From: Gammaproteobacteria bacterium
GTDB lineage: Bacteria; Pseudomonadota; Gammaproteobacteria; Eutrophobiales; Eutrophobiaceae
Direction of reading: 5' to 3'
Length of the DNA stretch: 64,000 bases
Assembly: GCA_965243205.1 (NCBI GenBank)
Contig: CBDEUK010000002.1
Coordinates: 1,248,001-1,312,000 of the forward strand
Below are positions 9,535 to 19,031 of the stretch, piece after piece (within the stretch, counting starts at the first letter, position 1; each line of letters begins with the position of its first letter). The translations under genes and the position numbers were made by a program. The notes under the pieces were generated by a model. It had not been told where the DNA came from. It was given only the letters and a program-made list of their open reading frames with translations, and searched no databases.

Positions 9535-11385
9535 TTAATTTACGTTCTGATGAAAAGTCTCTTGTTTATTTGAAGTGGCTTTCTTGGTTTCATGATATTC
9601 CCTAAAAGCATGAGCTATATCTTTACCCATTAACTTTTCAAGAATTTTCATATCCGTTTGTCTAAAATCTACTACGATTAAGCCATCAACTACATCGTTG
9701 AATTGTGGATCGATATTAAACCCTAAAAATTGACCACCTAATCTTAAATATTGTTTTACTAAAACTGGTATCCCTTTCTTATCCGATTCAATTTGTGAAA
9801 CCATATCGGAAACCAATTCAATATCATTGACCACTCGAAGGTCATCCGTTTGCCATCGATAACGTTGTTTGGATTTAAACGGATTGCGAGCTCTAACATA
9901 TTTTGCAAACTCTTTATTAAAAGAATTATTTTTTAAAGCACCGATGATCAATTTTTGTGATTCAATTTTATAATCACGACTAATACTAACTGGGCCAAAA
10001 AGAATTGGGTATTCTCGTTGCATTGCGACGTAGGCCGAAATGCCTTTCCATAATATGTTCAACGGCTGAAAGGATTTTTGATATTCAATCCGTATAAAAG
10101 AACGACCAAGCTCGATTGCATTATGTAATTGTGGGATGAGTTTGTTCTTATAATGAAAAAGACTATAGGTGTATAAGCCCTTTTTACCATATTTCTTAAT
10201 GATATCGCTAGCGATGCCTAAACGGTAAGCACCAATTACTTCTTGTTTCTTTGTATTCCAAATAAACAAATGCATGTAATAAGAATCGTAAAGATCAATA
10301 TCGATTTTTTTCCCTGTACCTTCACCAACGGCACGAAAAGTTAGCTCTCGTAATCTTCCGATCTCTTGCATAAGCCAAGGAATTTGCTCGGCCTTGGCAT
10401 AATAAACCGATAAGTCCCCAGAGGTAATTAAACATTGTGAATCGGCTATTTTATTAACTTCTGACGTTAAAACATCTACATCGGGTTGTTGAATAATATT
10501 TTCAAAGCTATCCGATGAAACTATGTGTTGGCTCTGTTTTGTATTTACTTCGGCGAGCATATAGGTACGTAGTTTTAAATAACTCATTAACTCTTCAGAG
10601 TTGTTCAATTTCATTAACTTACTATTGGGAATTTCTTTACCAACCTGTAAGCGAATAGTTTTACCAATTTTTTTCAATAGCTCCCTAGGCAATAAACAAG
10701 TCCTGAGCAGAGGATGAATTAAGCCCATAACATTGAACAGCAAACTATTCCTGCCATGAAAATAAACTGGATTGACTGAAGCACCTGACAAAGTAATTAA
10801 ACGTCCAATGGTTGGATTCCATTCACTATCCATAATTCGCATTTTTTTAAAACTAAAATTAGAAACTTCGCCAGCCGGGAAAACTAATAAGAGGCCACCT
10901 TGTTTTAACCAGTTAAGCGATTCTTTTAACGGTTTCATGTTTCTTCGATGAGAATTTTCTGTTGCAAATGGATCAACCGATATAAAACAGTCTGCAACCT
11001 CAGGTATTTTAGAAAGATGATAATTTGCCATGACTTTCACATCATCACGATGTTCTCGTAATAGCATTGTTAAAATAACACCATCAAGCGCACCAAATGG
11101 ATGGTTCGCAACTACAACTACAGGCCCTTGTTTAGGAATATTACTGAATTCAGTCTTATTAATATCCAAGTTAACTTTCAATATATCCAAAATAGAACGG
11201 AATGTTTTATCGCTATCAGAAGTATCTGAAAGTTTATGATAATAGTTATTTATATCAGCCAAACCTGAAACAGATTCTAAACCACGTTCAATCAAACGGC
11301 TGGTCTTAGCAAATGATTTTGCAGGCAGAAGACCTGCTAGTGAAAAAGGATTGTTTTTAGCGTTATTTTGCATATTGCCCAACAT
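9535..11385 (-). CDS. Bifunctional acyltransferase/GNAT, OlsF-like ornithine lipid synthase
   Basis: N-terminal PlsC motifs NHPFGALDG and FPAGEV; C-terminal OlsB-like GNAT (EIGRLRELTFRAVGEG, IELGRSF). Confidence 0.75.
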   Translation of the reverse strand: MLGNMQNNAKNNPFSLAGLLPAKSFAKTSRLIERGLESVSGLADINNYYHKLSDTSDSDKTFRSILDILKVNLDINKTEFSNIPKQGPVVVVANHPFGALDGVILTMLLREHRDDVKVMANYHLSKIPEVADCFISVDPFATENSHRRNMKPLKESLNWLKQGGLLLVFPAGEVSNFSFKKMRIMDSEWNPTIGRLITLSGASVNPVYFHGRNSLLFNVMGLIHPLLRTCLLPRELLKKIGKTIRLQVGKEIPNSKLMKLNNSEELMSYLKLRTYMLAEVNTKQSQHIVSSDSFENIIQQPDVDVLTSEVNKIADSQCLITSGDLSVYYAKAEQIPWLMQEIGRLRELTFRAVGEGTGKKIDIDLYDSYYMHLFIWNTKKQEVIGAYRLGIASDIIKKYGKKGLYTYSLFHYKNKLIPQLHNAIELGRSFIRIEYQKSFQPLNILWKGISAYVAMQREYPILFGPVSISRDYKIESQKLIIGALKNNSFNKEFAKYVRARNPFKSKQRYRWQTDDLRVVNDIELVSDMVSQIESDKKGIPVLVKQYLRLGGQFLGFNIDPQFNDVVDGLIVVDFRQTDMKILEKLMGKDIAHAFREYHETKKATSNKQETFHQNVN

Positions 11386-12424
11386 GTTCTTTATTCATAT
11401 CTTCTGAACCATCGATAAACGATATTTTTTCAATTGGAGCAAGATTTTCCAAAAAAGTTTGCGCACTATTATGCCATGTAAATTTACTCGAATAATCAAT
11501 ACAATCCTCAGAATTCAATTTCATGGCATCTAAGCAAGCTCGTTTTAGATTATCTGATAAAATACCTGAAAATCCATTTTTCACAACATCAATCGGTCCT
11601 GTGACAGGATACGCTGCTACAGGCAAACCACAAGCCATAGCCTCTAATAATACAATGCCAAACGTATCCGTTAAGCTTGGAAAGACAAATACATCGGAAG
11701 CTGCTACATGTTGGGCTAATTCTTCACCAAATTTATAACCCGTATAATGTGCATCTGGAAACTTTTGCTTTAATTTTTCTAGATACGGTCCATCACCGAT
11801 TATTAACTTACTACCGGGTAAATCTAAAGATAAGAATGCTTCAATATTTTTCTCAACGGCAATACGTCCCATATGAACAAAGATAGGGCGTGGTAAATCA
11901 AGAAAACTTTTATCTCTGGGTTTGAATATTTCAGAATTGACACCACGCGACCATATCACCACATTCTTAAAACCATTTTCTTCTAGACGTTGTTTCATGT
12001 GATTGGTTGGTACAAAGGTATGTGCAGCTTTTTCATGAAAACGTCTGATGTATGCATAACTCCAACTTAACGGTATTGGCACTCTGGCTTTTATATATTC
12101 AGGAAACTGAGTGTGATAAGAAGTTGTAAACGAAATATTATGTTTTAAGCAATATCGTCTTGCCGCAGTGCCTATTGGTCCTTCAGTCGCAACATGTACA
12201 GCATCAGGCTTTATACGTTTGAGTAAACGCGAAACTTTGCGGCCTGGTAATAATGCTAACCGTATCGAAGGATAGGTTGGGCAAGGAATAGTCTTAAAAT
12301 CTTGTGGGGTAATGAATCGAACATCGTGCCCCATACGAATCAGTTCTTCAGAAACATTCTCGTAGGTGCGCACAACACCATTCACTTGTGGACGCCAAGC
12401 GTCGGTAGCTATAACGATTTTCAA
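11363..12424 (-). CDS. GT4 glycosyltransferase (Agt-like diacylglycerol glycosyltransferase)
   Basis: TDAWRPQVNGVVRT, ATEGPIG, FPSLTDTFGIVLLEAMACG. Confidence 0.85.
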   Translation of the reverse strand: MKIVIATDAWRPQVNGVVRTYENVSEELIRMGHDVRFITPQDFKTIPCPTYPSIRLALLPGRKVSRLLKRIKPDAVHVATEGPIGTAARRYCLKHNISFTTSYHTQFPEYIKARVPIPLSWSYAYIRRFHEKAAHTFVPTNHMKQRLEENGFKNVVIWSRGVNSEIFKPRDKSFLDLPRPIFVHMGRIAVEKNIEAFLSLDLPGSKLIIGDGPYLEKLKQKFPDAHYTGYKFGEELAQHVAASDVFVFPSLTDTFGIVLLEAMACGLPVAAYPVTGPIDVVKNGFSGILSDNLKRACLDAMKLNSEDCIDYSSKFTWHNSAQTFLENLAPIEKISFIDGSEDMNKEHVGQYAK

Positions 12425-12428
12425 AGTA

Positions 12429-13223
12429 TTAGGCGGCTGCGAGCTCGAGTTTTTTCAATTGTTCTTGTTGATCGGTCCAATGCAATATTTGCAATGACCC
12501 ATCGTGGGTTTCGACTAATGATGTACAACTTTCAACCCAATCACCACAGTTACAATAAATAATATCTTCAAAATGTGTAATCTCAGCGTGATGAATATGA
12601 CCAGAGATTATACCATCAACTTCGTGGGTCTTTGCAGCATGCGATAAAGCTTTTTCAAAATTGCTGATGTAATTCACAGCATTTTTTACTCGAGCTTTTA
12701 ACATTTTTGCTAATGACCAATAGGGAAAGCCCATGCGACGTCTTATAAAATTCACCCAACCATTCACTTTCAATAACATGTCGTAAAGACCGCTACCAAT
12801 TAATGCTAACATTTTTGAATTGGTGACAACGGCATCAAATTGGTCACCATGAATCACTAAAAACTTTTTACCGCAATTGGTCTCGTGAATCACTTCATCT
12901 ACCAATTCCAAATTACCAAATACTAAACCTGAGTAATCACGTAAAAACTCATCATGATTTCCAGTTACATAAATAATTTTAGTGCCGTGTTTCGCTTTAC
13001 CAAGGATAGTTCGAATCACATCATTGTGAGCTTGTGGCCAGTATAATTTTTTCTTTATCTGCCACATATCGATAATATCCCCAACCAAATAGAGATAATC
13101 GCAACGGGTAGAACGTAAAAAGTCCAAAAGGTATTCAGCACTACAACCGGAAAAACCTAAATGAACATCTGAAATAAAAATAGAACGATAGTAGGTTGGC
13201 TCGATCTTAGTGACGTTATCCAT
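12429..13223 (-). CDS. plcP: Metallophosphoesterase, PlcP-like phospholipase C (LpxH-like family)
   Basis: SDVHLG, GDIID, GNHD, GHIHH, NCGDWVES; next to a GT4 gene. Confidence 0.75.
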   Translation of the reverse strand: MDNVTKIEPTYYRSIFISDVHLGFSGCSAEYLLDFLRSTRCDYLYLVGDIIDMWQIKKKLYWPQAHNDVIRTILGKAKHGTKIIYVTGNHDEFLRDYSGLVFGNLELVDEVIHETNCGKKFLVIHGDQFDAVVTNSKMLALIGSGLYDMLLKVNGWVNFIRRRMGFPYWSLAKMLKARVKNAVNYISNFEKALSHAAKTHEVDGIISGHIHHAEITHFEDIIYCNCGDWVESCTSLVETHDGSLQILHWTDQQEQLKKLELAAA

Positions 13224-13271
13224 ACGAATTTACTCGCAGTATTTAAGACGCGCATAGTGTCAATCAAGATC

Positions 13272-13311
13272 ATGACAAATCAGTTTAATTTTTGTTACAA
13301 AATGATGAAAC
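13272..13311 (-). promoter_or_regulatory. Pho box (four 11-bp-spaced heptamers)
   Basis: Minus strand GTTTCAT-catt-TTGTAAC-aaaa-ATTAAAC-tgat-TTGTCAT followed by a -10-like CACTAT. Confidence 0.7.
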
Positions 13312-13379
13312 TATTACCTTTTTATAATCAATAAGATCACAATTTAAATAGTGAAAGCTTAATTAATTGATCATCGAAA

Positions 13380-13406
13380 TGCCATAGAGCATCAAGCTCT
13401 ATGGCA
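13380..13406 (-). terminator. Hairpin downstream of htpX
   Basis: TGCCATAGAGC-ATCAA-GCTCTATGGCA perfect 11-bp stem. Confidence 0.65.
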
Positions 13407-13431
13407 AGGATCTAGTTATATAAACTCTATA

Positions 13432-14322
13432 TTAAAAAGGCATTTTTTGAAGAGCTGCAATTCTTTCTTCTAGTGGGGGATGGGTCATTGTTAATTTTTT
13501 AAGTCCCATTGATCCTAACAAACCACCATTAATTCCAAACGCCTGCATTGCAGCAGGTAATTGTGCAGGTTTGGAAACATTTTGTAATCGTTGTAATGCT
13601 CTGACCATTTTATCGCGACTGGACAGTTTAGCGCCGCCTTCATCAGCACGGTATTCTCTATAACGACTAAACCATCGAACGATTAAGGTTGCTAAAAAAC
13701 CTAATACCGTTTGCGCTATCATATAGGTAACGCTATAACCAATCCCTCGACCAAAACCATAACCTGAACGGTTATATCCATCCCCTCTTCGATCGACCAT
13801 GCTGGAAATAATCTGCGCAAATACAATAACAAAGGTATTTAATACGCCTTGTAATAAGGACAACGTCACCATATCACCATTCGCAACATGGCTAACTTCA
13901 TGACCCAACACTGCCTCTACTTCACCTTTATCCATGGTGTTTAATAAACCTGTACTAACTGCAACCAACGCTGCGTTTTTATTGGCTCCAGTCGCAAATG
14001 CATTGGGCGCATCCGAGTTAAAAATTGCAACTTCAGGTCGACCAATTCCAGCAGCATCTGCTTGGCGATATACGGTGTCGACTAACCATTTTTCAAGATC
14101 ATTGCTAGGGTTTTCGATAACAACTGCGCCTGATGAGCGTTTTGCCATAGACTTAGACATCATTAAAGAAATGAAGGAGCCAGCCATCCCCATAATGCCA
14201 GCCATAATTAACATTGGCGTCCAGCTCATACCAGGTTGATTCAAACCCAATACATTTATAATCACACCTAGTACAAACAAAACTGCCATGTTTGTACCAA
14301 GGAATAACCCTAATCTCATCAT
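13432..14322 (-). CDS. htpX: Zinc metalloprotease HtpX
   Basis: PNAFATG, HEVSH, FSRYREYRAD, THPPLEERI. Confidence 0.95.
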   Translation of the reverse strand: MMRLGLFLGTNMAVLFVLGVIINVLGLNQPGMSWTPMLIMAGIMGMAGSFISLMMSKSMAKRSSGAVVIENPSNDLEKWLVDTVYRQADAAGIGRPEVAIFNSDAPNAFATGANKNAALVAVSTGLLNTMDKGEVEAVLGHEVSHVANGDMVTLSLLQGVLNTFVIVFAQIISSMVDRRGDGYNRSGYGFGRGIGYSVTYMIAQTVLGFLATLIVRWFSRYREYRADEGGAKLSSRDKMVRALQRLQNVSKPAQLPAAMQAFGINGGLLGSMGLKKLTMTHPPLEERIAALQKMPF

Positions 14323-14370
14323 TGTTCTATGCTCCTAGAATGCGTAAATTTTTAATGTAAAGAATGTATT

Positions 14371-14931
14371 TTAAGGTAATGTGACTAAACAAGAATCTAA
14401 GTTTGCTCTTTTTGTCTGAGGTATTTCCTTTGCGTAACCGTACCAAATAATACCAACCACATATTCCTGTTCAGGATCCAACCAAGCCAATTCATAAAAT
14501 CTCGGATCTCGAATCACGTCACCTGTAGACCATTTACAACCAATTTTATGACTCCATAAATACAATGAAAAATTCTGAATAGCACAAGCAACAGCAGCGT
14601 AATCCTCTTGTTTTCTTAGTTCATCATCACTTTTATCACATGTTACGATCAGCCATCCTGGTATGGACTGCCATCGCTTAAGTTTTTTTTCTGCTGTTGC
14701 ATTATCAAACTTGGCTTCGAATAGCTGATAACTTAAATCGCATATGGCTTGCTGTGTTTCCTCGCCAACTAAATAAAAATGCCAAGGTTCAGTTAAATGA
14801 TGATTTGGGGCCTGTTGAGCAAGTTTTAAAGCATTAAAGATTATTTCTGGATCAGGGATAGGATCATTTAAAAACTCATGAATTGTCCTTCGTTCTTGTA
14901 TCACGCTCTCAATACTGATTGGTTCTGACAT
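14371..14931 (-). CDS. Nitroreductase family protein (YdjA-like)
   Basis: RRTIHEF, APNHHLTEPWHF, EDYAAVACAIQN. Confidence 0.85.
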   Translation of the reverse strand: MSEPISIESVIQERRTIHEFLNDPIPDPEIIFNALKLAQQAPNHHLTEPWHFYLVGEETQQAICDLSYQLFEAKFDNATAEKKLKRWQSIPGWLIVTCDKSDDELRKQEDYAAVACAIQNFSLYLWSHKIGCKWSTGDVIRDPRFYELAWLDPEQEYVVGIIWYGYAKEIPQTKRANLDSCLVTLP

Positions 14932-15265
14932 ATCATCTCACTTTAATTCAGTTTCATAAGTCATTAAATTTACATAATTTTGACGGCAATAACGTCAAGT
15001 CATTGGCGGATTTTTAATCAGTTACATCCTACGTTATTGCAGTCATAGTTGTATATTTAAAATTGTTTAGCTATCTAGGTATTTAAGACCTAAAAAGCAA
15101 ATAAGCAGTTCATTTATATAGTATTTTTTTGTTGTTTATACCCTCAAACCAAGGCTTTCAAAATATAAAATGTTAACAAATTCCCATATAAAATAAATTT
15201 GGCTCAAGATTTGCGTTAACCATGTCGATAGTAATTTTAATGCAGTATTTTGCCGGAGCCACGTT

Positions 15266-15520
15266 ATGAAAGCTGAAAATTTAGTCAACGAATACCCTGA
15301 AATGGAAGAAGCAGATGCTTTTCAATCGGTTACTCGTTTAATTGCGATGAACGCAATGGTAGAAGCTGCACGAATGGGAAAAGAGGGGGAAAAATTCGCC
15401 CACTTAACTCAACAGATGATTGATTTAGCAAGAGATGCGTCAGCAGATGATGCATTAATGGCTGATATGATAGAAAAACAAATTCAATCTATCAAAAGCC
15501 TAAAACCTTCCTCAGAATAA
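15266..15520 (+). CDS. 84-aa protein consisting of an MCP signalling-tip fragment
   Basis: TRLIAMNAMVEAARMGKEGEKFA resembles the MCP hairpin tip; GGAG RBS upstream. Confidence 0.7.
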   Translation: MKAENLVNEYPEMEEADAFQSVTRLIAMNAMVEAARMGKEGEKFAHLTQQMIDLARDASADDALMADMIEKQIQSIKSLKPSSE

Positions 15521-15537
15521 TCTAAAGAAAATCTGAT

Positions 15538-16503
15538 TTACTCCATAGACATTTCTTGATATCCAGCGATATGTCCCGTCGCATTATTTAGTACTCGTTG
15601 TATATTTTCTATCACTACCTCAGGGGCTTCCAAATGAATGCTATGCCCACTATTTTTCACAATTACCTGCCAGCTATTAGAACTTAAATTTGTTAATTCC
15701 GTTTGCATATCTTGCCACACTGTTTCAAGTGAGTACTTACCATCGACAGAAGGCAATTGAGATATTCCTCTAGTTAATACTGCTAATGGAATTTCAGCCG
15801 GGAAAGTTTTTAATTCATTGACCTCTTTTGCACTGTGCTTAAAAGACCGTAATTCTTGCATCTGGGCATAAATAGCTTTTCGGTTAGAATTTAATAAAGC
15901 CCAATAGCGTTGCTGCTTAGTCATTTTTGATAAATCATACTCAGGTACTTTAATCAGTGTCTTCCTGTCAGCTTTAGGTAATTCATCAAGTTCTTTTAGA
16001 CGATCAATTTGATCAGGATGAGAAGACTCAACTAAAACCATTCCTGCAACCTTTTTAGGAAATAAACCTGCAAAATATTGCATGGTATAACCACCAAAAG
16101 AGTGTCCCACTAAAACATAAGGTCCCGAAATTTCAGCCTTTAATAACACACCATAAAGCTCTTCGACGATAGTTGAGGTTAATCTGGGTGATGGACCAGC
16201 ATCGCTCATTCCATAGCCGGCACGATCAAAAATGCATGTACGGGTCGTTTTTGATATTTCAGTGGCAATTGACAACCAATTTGCAGAAGAATCTGCAATA
16301 CCTCCATCAAATAAAACGGTAGGACTGCCCTCTCCTTGGCAATGGAAATACAGACGGTAATTATCCATCATTGCGTATTTACCTTTGGGTTCTTCGTATT
16401 CATCCATCACGTCCCATAGCTCTTCAGATATTGAGCTGGATGTATAAAAAGAACTTATCAGTAATATTGATATTGGAAGGAATAGTTTGTTTTTACAATT
16501 CAT
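15538..16503 (-). CDS. Secreted alpha/beta hydrolase
   Basis: Signal-like N-terminus from ATG 16503, DRAGYGMSD, GHSFGG, SGHSIH. Confidence 0.85.
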   Translation of the reverse strand: MNCKNKLFLPISILLISSFYTSSSISEELWDVMDEYEEPKGKYAMMDNYRLYFHCQGEGSPTVLFDGGIADSSANWLSIATEISKTTRTCIFDRAGYGMSDAGPSPRLTSTIVEELYGVLLKAEISGPYVLVGHSFGGYTMQYFAGLFPKKVAGMVLVESSHPDQIDRLKELDELPKADRKTLIKVPEYDLSKMTKQQRYWALLNSNRKAIYAQMQELRSFKHSAKEVNELKTFPAEIPLAVLTRGISQLPSVDGKYSLETVWQDMQTELTNLSSNSWQVIVKNSGHSIHLEAPEVVIENIQRVLNNATGHIAGYQEMSME

Positions 16504-16684
16504 TATAATCTTCTTTATTAATGATATTTTCATACTAGATGACGTCCTAAAATCGATCCAGTGTTTAGCCAATAGGAAACTGGGTAGTAGCCTGATGTAC
16601 AAGACAGAAAATTAACGTTTTTTAATGTTATAGTGATTAAAATTCCTATAACTTGCATGTTTTTATATGACAGAGGTGATACTA

Positions 16685-17158
16685 ATGGCAATTGAAGAAG
16701 GCAAAGCTGCTCCAGCCTTTACTCTTAAAGACAGCGACGGCAATAAAGTCGCATTGAAAGATTTTAAAGGACAAGATGTGATCGTATATTTTTATCCTAA
16801 AGACGACACACCAGGATGTACAAAACAAGCCTGTGGTTTTAGAGATAATTGGAAAGCACTACAAAAAACTGGGGCGGTTATCTTAGGTATTTCGCCCGAC
16901 GATGAAGAATCTCATCAAAAATTTATAAAAAAATACAAACTCCCATTTACTCTATTATGCGATCCTGACAAAAAAGTCATGACCAAATACGAAGCCTTTG
17001 GTGAGAAAATGATGTACGGTAAAAAAGTAACTGGTGTCATTCGTTCAACTGTATGGGTAGGTCCTAACGGTAAAGTAAAAAAACATTGGAAGAAAGTACC
17101 TAAAGCTGCCGATCATCCTGATAAAGTGTTGGAAGCTCTACTAGCCGACCAAGAATAA
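16685..17158 (+). CDS. bcp: Thioredoxin-dependent thiol peroxidase Bcp
   Basis: YFYPKDDTPGCTKQAC; GAGGTG RBS before ATG 16685. Confidence 0.93.
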   Translation: MAIEEGKAAPAFTLKDSDGNKVALKDFKGQDVIVYFYPKDDTPGCTKQACGFRDNWKALQKTGAVILGISPDDEESHQKFIKKYKLPFTLLCDPDKKVMTKYEAFGEKMMYGKKVTGVIRSTVWVGPNGKVKKHWKKVPKAADHPDKVLEALLADQE

Positions 17159-17616
17159 TGCAAACTGAGCAAACTGATCTAAAAAGAACCGCTCAAATAA
17201 TAGGTTATCTAGGCTTGCTGCCATTTGCGACAGGCCTAGTAGCTTTATTTCTAATCAATGATGATTCCTTGTTTATTCTTATCACTCATTTAATTGTTTA
17301 CTATTCTGCAGTAATAATTGTTTTTGTGTCTGCAGTTCATTGGGGCTATGTGATTTCAAATAATAACGTTTCTGAACATTCAAGACGTATCATCATATCC
17401 ATTATTCCAAGTTTACTGGCCTGTATCTTCTTAATGTTGCCAACTCAAACATCTCTTGCTTGTTTCTTTTTTTGTTTTATCCTTTGGCAAAAGTACGAAG
17501 AAACGATACAAGCCCATATACAATTTCCCGATTGGTATGTGTTACTTCGTAAACACTTAAGTTATACCGTTGCTGCTCTCCTATTACTTGCTTGGCTTAT
17601 CTGTCTTAACGCATAA
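17158..17616 (+). CDS. DUF3429-like membrane protein
   Basis: LGLLPF, YSAVI..FVSAVHWG, PDWYVLLR. Confidence 0.75.
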   Translation: MQTEQTDLKRTAQIIGYLGLLPFATGLVALFLINDDSLFILITHLIVYYSAVIIVFVSAVHWGYVISNNNVSEHSRRIIISIIPSLLACIFLMLPTQTSLACFFFCFILWQKYEETIQAHIQFPDWYVLLRKHLSYTVAALLLLAWLICLNA

Positions 17617-17795
17617 CAAAGCTTATTTGTTCATTTTTTTGGAATTTTTCCTAATTTTCGGTATATTCCAAGACAAACTAAATTTCTTTCTATAAAAGAA
17701 ATAATCAAACTAATGGCTTTAACAATAGGACAGATGGTGTTAATGAGCATATATTTTGATTACATCCTTCCAGCAATTTTCAAGGAGACATTCTA

Positions 17796-19031
17796 ATGTT
17801 TCGCGTATTGTTGCTATTACTCGCTTTCTTTTTATTGTGTTACTTCTGCATAACTCATTGTTCACCTGAAATTGAAAATGATGTGCTTACTAATGCGAAT
17901 GCAACTTTAATTGCAGAAAACCAAACTGAAAATATCGTAGCTACGGTTGATGGTCGAGATATCATATTAACTGGCCAAGTTGATACAGAAGAAGAAAAAA
18001 ATCATATTTTGGATGCCATTCAAAATACAACTGGCGTTAGGGTTGTGGATCACACAATTGCCTTAACACCTAAACCTTTCGCAAGACCAGAGCCCGTCGT
18101 TGTAGTTCAAGAATCTGAGCCTGAACCAATTGCTGATATATCTGAACCACAACCAACTGAACCAGAATCTATTGAGCCACAAGAAATAGCGGCGGTTGAA
18201 CCAGAGCCAGAACCTCAAAGTGAACCTGAACCTACACCCGAAGCTGAACCTGAAATCGAAACCGTTTATATCGAACCTGGTCTGCCTTTATCGAAACTCT
18301 ATACCAGCATTTCTAAAGATGCTGAACAATATAATTTAGCCGGATACCTACAAAATGAATCAAGCAAGCAGAGTTTACTTAAACAATTAGGTAAGCAATA
18401 TAAGATCAATGACAACTTAAAACTAACAAAGCTTGAAAGCGAATGGCCAGCCAGTTGGACGGTGGTTGTTTCTCAAGTCGCTAATGAATTATCAAAATTA
18501 GAAAATGGTTTAGCCTCGATTAAACCAAATGAAATTATAATCACTGGCAATGCTAACGATCATAAAATCCGCGATCAAATTGAAAAACAATTAAGGCAAT
18601 CCATACCAAATTCATGGGCAATGGATTTTGATATTGATATCCCATTATCAGAAACCAGTAGTGCTTGTGAAACTGAAATTCAAAACTTACTCAATCAAGA
18701 AACGATAAATTTCAGACTTAATAGTGCTGACATAAGCATTGAAAGCACACAGTTACTTGATTCAATTATTGGTAATATAAAAACATGTTCCCAAGCCAAA
18801 TTTTTAATTGAAGGCCATACTGATTCCATTGGTGATAAAGCTTATAACCAACAGCTTAGTGAATGGCGTGCTGAAGCAGTTAAAGATTATTTAGTCTCTA
18901 AAGGCGTTTCTGCTCAAAGAATATCTACCAAAGGTTTTGGTGAAACTCGACCAATTGCGAAGAACACAACAATCAAAGGCCGCTCGCAAAACCGGCGTAT
19001 TGAATTTGTTGTTTTAGGAGAATCACAATGA
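17796..19031 (+). CDS. BON + OmpA-C domain protein with Glu/Pro-rich linker (ArfA/Rv0899-like)
   Basis: N-terminal TM, VDGRDIILTG BON motif, EP repeats, IEGHTDSIG...NRRIEF OmpA motif. Confidence 0.85.
   Translation: MFRVLLLLLAFFLLCYFCITHCSPEIENDVLTNANATLIAENQTENIVATVDGRDIILTGQVDTEEEKNHILDAIQNTTGVRVVDHTIALTPKPFARPEPVVVVQESEPEPIADISEPQPTEPESIEPQEIAAVEPEPEPQSEPEPTPEAEPEIETVYIEPGLPLSKLYTSISKDAEQYNLAGYLQNESSKQSLLKQLGKQYKINDNLKLTKLESEWPASWTVVVSQVANELSKLENGLASIKPNEIIITGNANDHKIRDQIEKQLRQSIPNSWAMDFDIDIPLSETSSACETEIQNLLNQETINFRLNSADISIESTQLLDSIIGNIKTCSQAKFLIEGHTDSIGDKAYNQQLSEWRAEAVKDYLVSKGVSAQRISTKGFGETRPIAKNTTIKGRSQNRRIEFVVLGESQ

Noticed and set aside
18085-18265. GAACC-rich imperfect repeats
   Set aside because: They encode the Glu/Pro linker of the OmpA protein and are not a separate DNA element.
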